Source: an uncultured Phycisphaeraceae bacterium (lineage in GTDB: Bacteria > Planctomycetota > Phycisphaerae > Phycisphaerales > UBA1924). From it: a stretch of 64,000 bases of DNA. The position numbers and the translations under genes were made by a program. Where the stretch lies: the NCBI GenBank assembly GCA_964440605.1, contig CAYTSW010000003.1, positions 5,421 through 69,420 of the forward strand, written 5' to 3'. Below, one piece after another: positions 8,890 through 17,246 of the stretch (position 1 is the first letter of the stretch; each line of letters begins with the position of its first letter). Below the pieces are notes generated by a model. It saw only the letters and a list, made by a program, of their open reading frames with translations. It was not told the origin of the DNA and searched no databases.

Positions 8890-11130
8890 TCAGAAGCCCG
8901 CGGCGGTGAGCCAGGCGCTGGGCTTGGCGTCGAGCGCCGCCGCGACGCTCAGGAGGCTTTCGAGGCTGGGCAGGTGCGCCCCGCGCTCGATGCTCGAGAG
9001 TTGGCTGACGCTGACACGCGAGGCCTCGCTGAGTTCCTTGAGCGTCCAGCCGCGCTCGGTGCGGGCGAGGCGGATGCGTCGGCCGAGGGTCTGGCGGAGG
9101 CGGTCCTGGGGACGTTCGCCCAGGCCGAAGGTCTCGACGGCTTGGCGCAGGGTGGCGCGCAACTCGTCAACGCTGAAGGGCTTGGAGAGGTAGTCGAAGA
9201 CGTCCTGCTTGAAGGTGTTGCGCATCGTCTCGAGCGACGGGTAGCCGGTGACGACGACGACGCAGAGGTTCTCCCAGCGGGTGCGGATCTCGTCGAGCAC
9301 CTGGGCGCCGTCGTGCCGACCCATCTTCATGTCGAGCAGCACGACGTCGGGCAGGCGGGTTTCGTTGGCCTCGTAGAGCTCGTCCGGCGTCGCGACGACG
9401 CGGATCTCGTGTCCCTCGGCGGCGAGCACGCCCTCGATGTACTGGCGGAAGTCGGCATCGTCGTCGAGGGCGACGATCGACAGCGACGGAATGGCATCCA
9501 CCACCTGGTTCACGGGGCGTCGGGCTCCTGCTGGCGATCGACGCCGTTCGCGGATGGGTCCGCGTTGGTGCTGGCGTCGGTCTGAGGATGGTAGCCCTCG
9601 GCCTTGTCGCGGTTGCTCGCGTGGGGGGGGTCGGCGGGGGGGCCCCGGGGGGGGGGGGGGGGGGGGGGGGCCCTGGGCGGGGAGGAGGCCTTCGAACTCG
9701 GCGCCGGTGTCGGGCGGGGTGCGGTTGCGGGCGACGACGACGCCGCCGTGCTCGCGAACGATGCCCTCGGCGACCGCGAGGCCGAGCCCCGTGCCGTGCG
9801 AGTCCATGCGGGTGGAGGCGAAGGGCTCGAAGAGACGCGGGAGGACGGCGTGGGCGATGCCGGGGCCTGAGTCGCGGACGGTGAGGCCGGCCCATGATTC
9901 GCCGTCGCGTTCGACCCACTCGCTGGCGACTTCGAGCGCGCGGCCCACGCCGCTCTCGTCCATGGCGTCCACCGCATTGCGCAAGAGGTTGACGAAGAGC
10001 TGTGTCAGGCGGTCCGCGTCGCCGCGGATGGTCGAGCCGGGCGGGACGGCGTTGGTGAAGTCGACGTCGGCGTGCGAGCGGTCGATGCTCACGAGCGTCC
10101 ACGCTTCGTCGATGACGGCGCGGAGGTCGACCTCGTTCATCGCCGGCGGGCGGACGCGGGCGAAGTCGAGCAGGCTCTCGCTCAATCGTTCGAGCCGGCG
10201 GACGACGCGGAGCATCAGCGCCGCCTGCTGCGGGTCGAGCGAGCGCGGGTTCTCGTTGAGGCGTTCGACGCTGCCTTTGAGGACGGCCAGCGGGGTGTTG
10301 AGCTCGTGCGCGATGCCGGCGGACATGATGCCGAGGCTCGCCAGGCGGTCCTGATCCGCGAGGTTGCGCTTGGCGGTTTCGAGCAGGTGGTTCTTGCGTT
10401 TGAGCTCGGCGGCGATGCGCTCGACCTCGTCGAGCGCCGCGTTGAGCTGCGCCTCCTGGTCGCGGAGCTTCACGATTGATCGGTTGCGGCTGCGCATGAT
10501 CTCGGCGAGCTCGTCCGAGCCGATGTCGCGCTCGGGGATCAACTCGGCGTCGCGCAGACCGGCCTGGACGGCTTCGTCGGCGCGCCGGAGGCGCTCGATC
10601 GGGCCGTATACCTGCTTGGGCAGCACAAAGACCTCGAGCGTCGCGGCGATGAGCGCGTAGACGCTCAGCAGCGCGACGGTCAGCAGCAGATAGAGCTCGT
10701 TGACCGCGGCGCGGGCGCCCGTGCTGCTCACGCGGGCGACGACGAACCGGCCCGCGGAAGCGTCCCAGACGGCGGCGGTCGCGCCGCCTCGCGCGCCGGT
10801 GCGGATGAACGGTTCGCCCGCGGCGTCGCGGACCTGCTGGGCGAGGGCTTCGGGCAGGCCGACGCGCTCGGCATCGCCCTCGTTGAGGATCACGCCGTCG
10901 AGATCGGGTGCGCTGACGCCTGATCGGGCGAACTCCAGCGCGAGCAGGGCTTCGCGGCGTTCGGCCTCGCCGACGAGCTTGCCGACGGCGGGGCGCAGCG
11001 CGATGAGCAGGATCACCGCCAGCGAGAGGGAGAAGAGGGTGTGGAGGAGGACGAGCTTGCGCCGGATGCGCGAGGCGGCCTGCACCTTCATGCGCGAGCC
11101 GGTGCGTTGCAGGGTCTCGGCGACGGTCAT
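8890..11130 (-). CDS. Sensor histidine kinase joined in frame, via a poly-Pro linker encoded by a G24 tract, to a REC + XRE-type HTH response regulator (probably two genes: kinase ~9510..11130, regulator 8890..9513)
   Basis: Kinase features: 2 TM, H-box SAGIAHELNTPL, N-box LLRNAVDAM, G-boxes DSGPGI and GTGLGLAV. Regulator features: receiver domain (IVALDDD...VLLDMKMG...SKPF) and a Cro/C1-type HTH (WTLKELSEASRVSVSQLSSIERG). See the finding on the homopolymer. Confidence 0.8.
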   Translation of the reverse strand: MTVAETLQRTGSRMKVQAASRIRRKLVLLHTLFSLSLAVILLIALRPAVGKLVGEAERREALLALEFARSGVSAPDLDGVILNEGDAERVGLPEALAQQVRDAAGEPFIRTGARGGATAAVWDASAGRFVVARVSSTGARAAVNELYLLLTVALLSVYALIAATLEVFVLPKQVYGPIERLRRADEAVQAGLRDAELIPERDIGSDELAEIMRSRNRSIVKLRDQEAQLNAALDEVERIAAELKRKNHLLETAKRNLADQDRLASLGIMSAGIAHELNTPLAVLKGSVERLNENPRSLDPQQAALMLRVVRRLERLSESLLDFARVRPPAMNEVDLRAVIDEAWTLVSIDRSHADVDFTNAVPPGSTIRGDADRLTQLFVNLLRNAVDAMDESGVGRALEVASEWVERDGESWAGLTVRDSGPGIAHAVLPRLFEPFASTRMDSHGTGLGLAVAEGIVREHGGVVVARNRTPPDTGAEFEGLLPAQGPPPPPPPPGPPRRPPPREQPRQGRGLPSSDRRQHQRGPIRERRRSPAGARRPVNQVVDAIPSLSIVALDDDADFRQYIEGVLAAEGHEIRVVATPDELYEANETRLPDVVLLDMKMGRHDGAQVLDEIRTRWENLCVVVVTGYPSLETMRNTFKQDVFDYLSKPFSVDELRATLRQAVETFGLGERPQDRLRQTLGRRIRLARTERGWTLKELSEASRVSVSQLSSIERGAHLPSLESLLSVAAALDAKPSAWLTAAGF
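9647..9670. repeat. Homopolymer G24 (C24 on the coding strand) inside the kinase/regulator junction
   Basis: Counted directly: the g run covers 9647..9670, flanked by cccc on the left. GGGGGGG (9636..9642) and GGGGGGGG (9623..9630) tracts lie nearby. Confidence 0.97.
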
Positions 11131-11885
11131 CGCTCGGAAGCCGGCGGCGCTCCGTCCGGCGTGTCGGAGGGCGAGGCGGGGGCGGTCGCCGGTGCCGGCG
11201 CGGGGTTCGAGTAGCGCTCGAAGGTGCGTTTGAGTGCTTCGTTGCGCTCGTTCCAGCCCAAGAGGTCGATGAGCACGAAGATCATGACGCCGAAGAAGGC
11301 CAGCAGGCCGGCGAAGGCGATCGCGGTCCAGATGCGTCGACGCCGCAGCGCGGCCGCCCGGACGTGCGCGACCCTGGCGATGCCTTCGGAGGGGTCGAGC
11401 GCGTCGAGCCCGGCGCGGAGGGAGGCGAGGGCGGCGTCGTACCCGCCTTCGATCGAGCTGTCGGTCTTTTCGCGCAGCAGGCGCTCGGCGGGGGTGCGGT
11501 GGACCTCTTCCAGGGCGGTGCGGGAGCAGTCCATGGCGCGGGCCGCCGGGATGTCAGACATTTGTTCGACATCGCGGAAGAGCCACGCCTCGCGCCCCTG
11601 GGGGGCGAGCTCGGTGCGGCTGAGGCTCCAGAGTTCGGCGACGGGGCCGGTGATCGTCGCCCGTGCGCACACGCCGTCGGGCCCGTGGCCGTCGCCCGGG
11701 TTCGACTCGTGCGTCCGGCGAGCGGCCTGGACCGTCATGCGGTCGATCCGCGAGTCCTGCACGCGCTCGATGTCCGGACGCATGCGCAGGACCAGCGCGA
11801 GCACGTCGTCGGCCTTGGTGACATCGTCGGTCAGGAGGGCGGCGAGGCGCCAGATGCGTCGTTCGTAGGCTTCGCGTCGTTCCAC
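11127..11885 (-). CDS. Membrane-anchored sigma-70 region-4-like (ECF sigma / anti-sigma-like) protein
   Basis: 252 aa with a GTG start. Region-4-like segment REAWLFRDVEQMSDIPAARAMDCSRTAL, a degenerate region-2-like N-terminus, and one TM (IWTAIAFAGLLAFFGVMIFVLIDLL). Its stop overlaps the kinase start (ATGA at 11127..11130). Confidence 0.6.
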   Translation of the reverse strand: MERREAYERRIWRLAALLTDDVTKADDVLALVLRMRPDIERVQDSRIDRMTVQAARRTHESNPGDGHGPDGVCARATITGPVAELWSLSRTELAPQGREAWLFRDVEQMSDIPAARAMDCSRTALEEVHRTPAERLLREKTDSSIEGGYDAALASLRAGLDALDPSEGIARVAHVRAAALRRRRIWTAIAFAGLLAFFGVMIFVLIDLLGWNERNEALKRTFERYSNPAPAPATAPASPSDTPDGAPPASER

Positions 11886-11973
11886 GGGGACACTCTATGG
11901 CCCGGCGTGCCGCGCGGTAGGCTTTGCGCGCGACGCATGCCCGATCCCCCTGTCGCTACGGAGGACACTCCTG

Positions 11974-13446
11974 ATGGCCCAGACGCGCATCGAGAAGGAC
12001 ACCATGGGCGAGATGACCGTCCCGGCCGACGCGTTGTACGGCGCGTCGACGCAGCGGGCGGTGGAGAACTTCCCGATCTCGGGTCGGCGCGTGCCGCTGG
12101 GGGTGATCAAGGCCTTCGGGTATCTCAAGTCGGCGTGCGCACAGGCGAACCAGGGGCTGGGGCTGCTCAATGACGCGCGGGCGCTGGCGATCAAGAACGC
12201 GGCCGATCAGATCGCCGCGGGCGAGCATGTCGAGCACTTCCCGGTGGACATCTTCCAGACGGGCTCGGGCACCTCGACGAACATGAACGCCAACGAGGTG
12301 ATCGCGAACCTCGTCTGCCGCGAGGCGGGCGTGCCCGTCGGGTCTTCGAAGAATGCTGAGTACATCGGCGATCGTGAGACGGGTCGCGGCGTGCACCCCA
12401 ACGATCATGTGAACATGGGCCAGTCGTCGAACGACACGTTCCCGACGGCGATCCACATCGCGGCGGCCATGGAGATCAGCGACCACCTCCTCCCCGCGCT
12501 CAAGCGCACCGCGACGGCGTTGGACGTGCAGGCGAAGGAGTGGGACGACATCGTAAAGATCGGTCGCACGCACCTTCAGGACGCGACGCCGATCCGGCTC
12601 GGGCAGGAGTTCTCGGGGTACGCGCGTCAGATGGAGATGGCCGTCGAACGCGCCGAGCGTGCGCTGCACGTGCTGCTCGAGCTGCCCATCGGGGGCACGG
12701 CGGTGGGCACGGGCATCAATACGGCGCGCGTGTTCGACCAGGCGGTCTGCCGCCTCCTGACCGATCGGTTGGGCCTGGCGTTCCGCCCGGCGGCGAACCA
12801 CTTCGAGGCCCAGCACGCCAAAGACGCGTGCGTCGAAGCCAGCGGGCACCTCAAGACCATCGCGGTGAGCCTCTCGAAGATCGCCGGCGACATCCGCCTG
12901 ATGGGGATGGGCCCGCGCTGCGGCATCGGGGAGCTCAAGCTGCCCGCGGTGCAGCCCGGCTCGTCCATCATGCCCGGCAAGGTCAACCCGGTGATCTGCG
13001 AGGCGATCGTCATGGTGTACTGCCAGGTCGTCGGCAACGACGCGGCGCTCACCGCCGGCGCGACGGGCGGCGTGGGGTCGATGCTCGAGCTCAACGTCGC
13101 GATGCCCGTGATCGCCGAGAACCTGCTCGAATCGATCCACATCCTGGCCGCCGGCTGCGAGACCTTCTGCAACAACCTGCTCGTCGGCCCCGCCGAGCAC
13201 CCGAACCCCGATGGCACGATCGGCCTCCAGCCCGACCGCGAACGCTGCGCCGAACTCATCGAGGGCTCGCTGGCCATGTGTACGTCCCTCGTGCCCGTGA
13301 TCGGCTACGACAAGTCGGCGGCCATCGCCAAGCAGGCCCACGCCGAAGGCAAGACCGTGCGGCAGGTGGCGCTGGAACAGAACATCCTGCCCGAGGATCA
13401 GCTCAACGAAGTCCTTGATGCTCGGAAGATGACCGAGCCGAGCTGA
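11974..13446 (+). CDS. fumC: Class II fumarate hydratase
   Basis: FPVDIFQTGSGTSTNMNANEVIAN, HPNDHVNMGQSSNDTFPTA and GSSIMPGKVNP. QTGSGT and the SSND block match FumC rather than aspartase. Confidence 0.92.
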   Translation: MAQTRIEKDTMGEMTVPADALYGASTQRAVENFPISGRRVPLGVIKAFGYLKSACAQANQGLGLLNDARALAIKNAADQIAAGEHVEHFPVDIFQTGSGTSTNMNANEVIANLVCREAGVPVGSSKNAEYIGDRETGRGVHPNDHVNMGQSSNDTFPTAIHIAAAMEISDHLLPALKRTATALDVQAKEWDDIVKIGRTHLQDATPIRLGQEFSGYARQMEMAVERAERALHVLLELPIGGTAVGTGINTARVFDQAVCRLLTDRLGLAFRPAANHFEAQHAKDACVEASGHLKTIAVSLSKIAGDIRLMGMGPRCGIGELKLPAVQPGSSIMPGKVNPVICEAIVMVYCQVVGNDAALTAGATGGVGSMLELNVAMPVIAENLLESIHILAAGCETFCNNLLVGPAEHPNPDGTIGLQPDRERCAELIEGSLAMCTSLVPVIGYDKSAAIAKQAHAEGKTVRQVALEQNILPEDQLNEVLDARKMTEPS

Positions 13447-13703
13447 GCGGATCGAGTCGAGGGTGCCCGGCGCCCGGCTACCAAGCTCTGTGACGGGTGC
13501 CACTGGCGGCTTGTCCGCCGGTGTGCAGCGTTACGGCGAACACGGGCGGGCGAGCCGCCCGTGGCACCCGATGAGTGATGGCCGCGTCGTCGCGCGTGCG
13601 TCTTCGCGGTTTTCCGGCAATCGCCGGGAGGCCGCGGCGTTGAGCGTGGTGTCGGTGGCACAACGTCACCAACCGCACCACTAGGAGCCTGAGGAGGTTC
13701 ACG

Positions 13704-14504
13704 ATGCACGCTTCTCACTTGATTACTGCTGCCGCGCTGTGCGCGAGTCTGCTGGCGGTGGCCGCCGCTCAGCCGGGTCTGGATCTCGGCGGTCCGGCGG
13801 GTGACGCCCCCGAGTTCGATCGGCCGGAGCGTCCCGGTCTGATCGAGCGGCTGGACACGAACGGCGACGGAGCCGTGACGCAGGAGGAGATCGATGCCGC
13901 CCGCGCCGAGCGTGAGGCGCGTCGCGCCGAGCGGGCCGACCGCATGGCCGAGCGTGTGCTCGAGCGGTTCGACGTCGACGCCAGCGGCGCCCTTGACGCC
14001 GAGGAGCTCTCGGCGATGTTCGATGCCGCCCCGCGCCGCGCGGCTCGCGCCGGGCGTGACGGCCTGCGTGGTCAGGGCCCGGGCGCTCAGGGCAACGGCA
14101 AGCGTGGGATGGGCATGCGCGGCCCTCGCGGCGCTGCTTTCCGCGAGGGCATGCTCGAGCGCTTCGATCTCGACGCCGACGGCTCGCTCTCGGAGGACGA
14201 GCGCTCCGCGATGCGAACCGAGATGGAGCAGCGTCGCGCCGAGATGGTCGCGCGGTTCGATGCCGACGGCGACGGTGTGCTGACGCGCGGCGAACGCCGC
14301 GCAGCGCGTGGCTTCGCCGCCGCTCAGCGGCACGTGCGGCGGGCCGATCTCGACGGTGACGGCATCCTCTCGGCCGACGAACTCAACGCCGCGCTGACGC
14401 TGATCGACGAAGGCGACCGCACCGCCGACTTCAATGGCGACCGCATGGTGAACGAGGACGACGCCAAGGCGATCGCCGCCCTTGTCGGCACGAAGCTCGA
14501 CTGA
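13704..14504 (+). CDS. Secreted multi-EF-hand calcium-binding protein
   Basis: Signal peptide, then six DxDxDG-type loops (DTNGDGAVTQEE, DVDASGALDAEE, DLDADGSLSEDE, DADGDGVLTRGE, DLDGDGILSADE, DFNGDRMVNEDD). GAGGAGG SD lies upstream of the ATG. Confidence 0.8.
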   Translation: MHASHLITAAALCASLLAVAAAQPGLDLGGPAGDAPEFDRPERPGLIERLDTNGDGAVTQEEIDAARAEREARRAERADRMAERVLERFDVDASGALDAEELSAMFDAAPRRAARAGRDGLRGQGPGAQGNGKRGMGMRGPRGAAFREGMLERFDLDADGSLSEDERSAMRTEMEQRRAEMVARFDADGDGVLTRGERRAARGFAAAQRHVRRADLDGDGILSADELNAALTLIDEGDRTADFNGDRMVNEDDAKAIAALVGTKLD

Positions 14505-14552
14505 GTCGGGCGATTCTCTTTGACCATCATCCGGGACGGTCTCCCCCGGTTT

Positions 14553-14592
14553 CGACGACCCGCGTCAGAGGGGCGCGGGTCGTCGTTGTTTG
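14553..14592 (+). terminator. Rho-independent terminator of the EF-hand gene
   Basis: CGACGACCCGCG (14553..14564) pairs with CGCGGGTCGTCG (14574..14585), followed by TTGTTTG. Confidence 0.6.
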
Positions 14593-14600
14593 CGCCCGGA

Positions 14601-15386
14601 TCAGCGGCACCCGACGGTGTCGCTCCGTCGTCGATCCCGCTCGACGAGCTCGACGAACTTCCGTTCGGCTCTGCGGTCGATCAGCCTTCGCCACAGCCAG
14701 TCGAGCCCGCGCACGCCCCAGTAGCGGGTGATGACAAGCCACGCCAGCGGGAAGGCCAGCGCGAGACCGAGGGCCACATCGCCCGGCCAGTGCGCCTCGC
14801 GGAGCACTCGGCCGCAGGCAACGAAGAGCGCCCAGCCGACCATCAGCCAGCGCAGCTTCGGGTACAGGCACGCCAGGAAGACCGCGAGGATGACGGCGTG
14901 GGTGGTGTGGGCCGAGGGCATCGCGTGCAGCGCCGAGGCGCCATCCAGCGTGGACATCACGCGGCCCTCGTGCTCGATCGTTCCCGTCGGGCCCAGGAAG
15001 AGGTGCGGGTCGCCGATTTTGGGGCGTGCACGCCCGATGGCCACCTTCAGCGTGTGCACCAGGATCGTGCACACGAGCAGCGCGAGGCCCAGGTCGAGCG
15101 CCCGACGGATGCGGTCGCGGTCGAGCAGGGCGATGATGATGAGCGTGACGATGATCGAGCCGCCGGCGCCGAACTGCTGAAAGGTCTCGATCTCGCGCTT
15201 GAGGTCGCCCGGCAGGCGCAGGCCATCGACGAGCGCGAGCGTGGGTCCGTCGACGAAGAGCACGAGCAACGGCGTGACGACCGCGCCCGCGACGAGCGGC
15301 AGCACGACGCAGCGGCCCCAAGGTATGGGCGGGAGCAGCTCCTGCGCTTCGGCGTCGGCGGGTCGGTTGGGTGAGACGTCGGCCAT
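14601..15386 (-). CDS. PAP2-family membrane phosphatase
   Basis: PAP2 motifs KVAIGRARP, PSAHT and RVLREAHWPGDV. ATG 15386 (MADVSPNRP...) chosen over the longer Arg-rich ORF-track start. Confidence 0.8.
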   Translation of the reverse strand: MADVSPNRPADAEAQELLPPIPWGRCVVLPLVAGAVVTPLLVLFVDGPTLALVDGLRLPGDLKREIETFQQFGAGGSIIVTLIIIALLDRDRIRRALDLGLALLVCTILVHTLKVAIGRARPKIGDPHLFLGPTGTIEHEGRVMSTLDGASALHAMPSAHTTHAVILAVFLACLYPKLRWLMVGWALFVACGRVLREAHWPGDVALGLALAFPLAWLVITRYWGVRGLDWLWRRLIDRRAERKFVELVERDRRRSDTVGCR

Positions 15387-15410
15387 CGGTGGGCATGTAT
15401 AGTCGGTCGC

Positions 15411-17231
15411 GTGACGACGCGCACGGCGGCCGGCTCCCATCGCGCAGCATCGTGGACCCGCGGGCCGCTGGGCGCGCTGGTCGTGATCGCGGTCTGCCTG
15501 GCGGCCCACTGGCCGGGCCTCTTCGCGTTGCCGCCGGTCGACCGCGACGAGTCGCGTTTCGCCCAGGCGAGCCGGCAGGTGCTGGCCGCGGCGCGCGAGG
15601 GGGACGTGGAGGGGGTCGCGGTGCCGCGGATCCAGGACCGGCCCCGGCTGAACAAGCCGCCGCTGGTCTACTGGCTGCAGGCCGCGGTCGCCTGGCCCTA
15701 CGACCCGGCGCCGGCGGACGACGCATCAGCGGACCCACGCCGACAGTCGATCGGCGTCTACCGCATGGTCTCGGCCCTGTGCGCAATGGCGGCGTGCCTG
15801 CTGACGTGGAGGATCGGTTGCCTGCTGTACAGACGCTCGGAGGGCTTGATCGCCGCGGTGATGCTGGCGACGTGCGTGATGGTGCTCTGGGACGCGCGGC
15901 AGGCGCGTGCCGACCAACTCCTCCTCGCGACCACGACCCTCGCGATGCTCGCCCTCGCGCACCTGTACCTCCGCGGGCGCGCGCAGCGCAGCAACGGCGC
16001 GCTGACGCTGGGGTGGCGCGGGCCGGTGCTGCTGTGGATCGCGGTCGGCCTCGGCGTGCTGGCGAAGGGGCCCATCACGCCGATGGTCGTCGTGCTCGCT
16101 TCGCTCATGGTCGCGGCGACGCTCGGGTGGTGGCGCTGGCTTCGGGCGTTGCGGCCGCTGACGGGGCTGGGGGTGGTGCTGGCGATGGTGCTGCCCTGGG
16201 TGATCGTGGTCGGACGGTCGGTGGGATTCGGGGAGTACTTCGCGCTCATCGCCGACGAGACGCTGGGTCGCGCGGGGGCGGCTAAGGAGAGCCACTGGGG
16301 GCCGCCGGGGTACCACCTCGTGCTGTTGCCCGTGCTGCTCTGGCCGGGGTCGCTGCTGACGGCCCTGGCGCTAGGCCGGGCATGGCGGCGGGCGCGGCGG
16401 CGTGCACACCCCGCGCGCATGCGGCGCTTCCGCGCGTCGCCCGAGCTGTTCCTGCTGGCGTGGATCGTGCCGAGCTGGATCGTCTTCGAGTTGTCGATGA
16501 CCAAGCTGCCGCACTACACGCTGCCGCTGTACCCGGCGTTGGCGCTGCTGACGGCTCGGGCACTGGCGGTCGCCGCGCGCGCGGGGCTGCGCGTTCCGCG
16601 GGTCGGCGTCGCGATCTGGGGGTTGATCGGCGCAGCGCTGCTCATCGGCCCGTTGGCGCTCGTGCCGGCGCTGGGCTCGGCATCATGGCTGGACGACTTC
16701 GCCGCCCGCCCGCTGGGCGTGTGGGGGCACGCGGCGCTTGTTGTCGCGATGGTGTGCGTGGTCGTGGGTTTGACGGGGCTGGCGCGGGGCGGCAAGCCGC
16801 GGCGTGCTGCGCTGTGGGCCGCTGCGGCGGCGGCGATATGGGTCGGTGTGCTCGTCGGCGTCCGACTGCCGTCGCACCGCGCGCTCTGGGGTTCGAGCGA
16901 GGTCGCGGCCGCGATTGCCGGGCTCGATCCGGACGCCGAGCGTCCGCTGGCCCGCGTGGGGTATCACGAGGATTCGCTCGTCTTCCTCACGCGCGGGCGT
17001 GCCGAGCGGGTGTCAAAAAAGGGGCTCGGCGCCTGGCTGGCGGAGCATCCGGGAGGGCTGGCGGTGGTCGATGCGGCCGTGCTGGAGGCGCTGGAGCCGA
17101 GTTTGAGTCGGTTCTCGGTCGTCTGGGAGGGGCTTGAGGGGGGATTCTTGAACTATTCAACCGGTGAATGGGTGGATCTGGCGATCGTCGCGAGTCCGTC
17201 TGGCGCAGGAGGAACGGCCGGGGCGCGGTAG
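15411..17231 (+). CDS. ArnT/PMT-like (GT39/GT83-type) polytopic membrane glycosyltransferase
   Basis: 606 aa with many TM segments. N-terminal loop motifs DRDESRFAQASRQ and RPRLNKPPLVYWLQA are typical of this family. GTG start lies 24 bp from the divergent PAP2 start. Confidence 0.75.
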   Translation: MTTRTAAGSHRAASWTRGPLGALVVIAVCLAAHWPGLFALPPVDRDESRFAQASRQVLAAAREGDVEGVAVPRIQDRPRLNKPPLVYWLQAAVAWPYDPAPADDASADPRRQSIGVYRMVSALCAMAACLLTWRIGCLLYRRSEGLIAAVMLATCVMVLWDARQARADQLLLATTTLAMLALAHLYLRGRAQRSNGALTLGWRGPVLLWIAVGLGVLAKGPITPMVVVLASLMVAATLGWWRWLRALRPLTGLGVVLAMVLPWVIVVGRSVGFGEYFALIADETLGRAGAAKESHWGPPGYHLVLLPVLLWPGSLLTALALGRAWRRARRRAHPARMRRFRASPELFLLAWIVPSWIVFELSMTKLPHYTLPLYPALALLTARALAVAARAGLRVPRVGVAIWGLIGAALLIGPLALVPALGSASWLDDFAARPLGVWGHAALVVAMVCVVVGLTGLARGGKPRRAALWAAAAAAIWVGVLVGVRLPSHRALWGSSEVAAAIAGLDPDAERPLARVGYHEDSLVFLTRGRAERVSKKGLGAWLAEHPGGLAVVDAAVLEALEPSLSRFSVVWEGLEGGFLNYSTGEWVDLAIVASPSGAGGTAGAR

Positions 17232-17246
17232 CCGTAGACTTGCCCC

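Noticed and set aside
9588-9884. Short ORFs translating the homopolymer as poly-Gly or poly-Pro (9588..9884, 9604..9870, 9510..9977 and mirrors).
   Set aside because: They are by-products of the G24/C24 tract in alternative frames. Only the frame relationships to the kinase and regulator genes are informative, and those are discussed in the findings.
13494-13569. Possible tRNA: 76 nt, a 7-9-bp closing stem and internal hairpins.
   Set aside because: It lacks tRNA hallmarks: no GG in a D-loop, no GTTCRA T-loop, no 7-nt anticodon loop on a 5-bp stem, and U8 is absent. It is kept only as a generic structured-RNA candidate.
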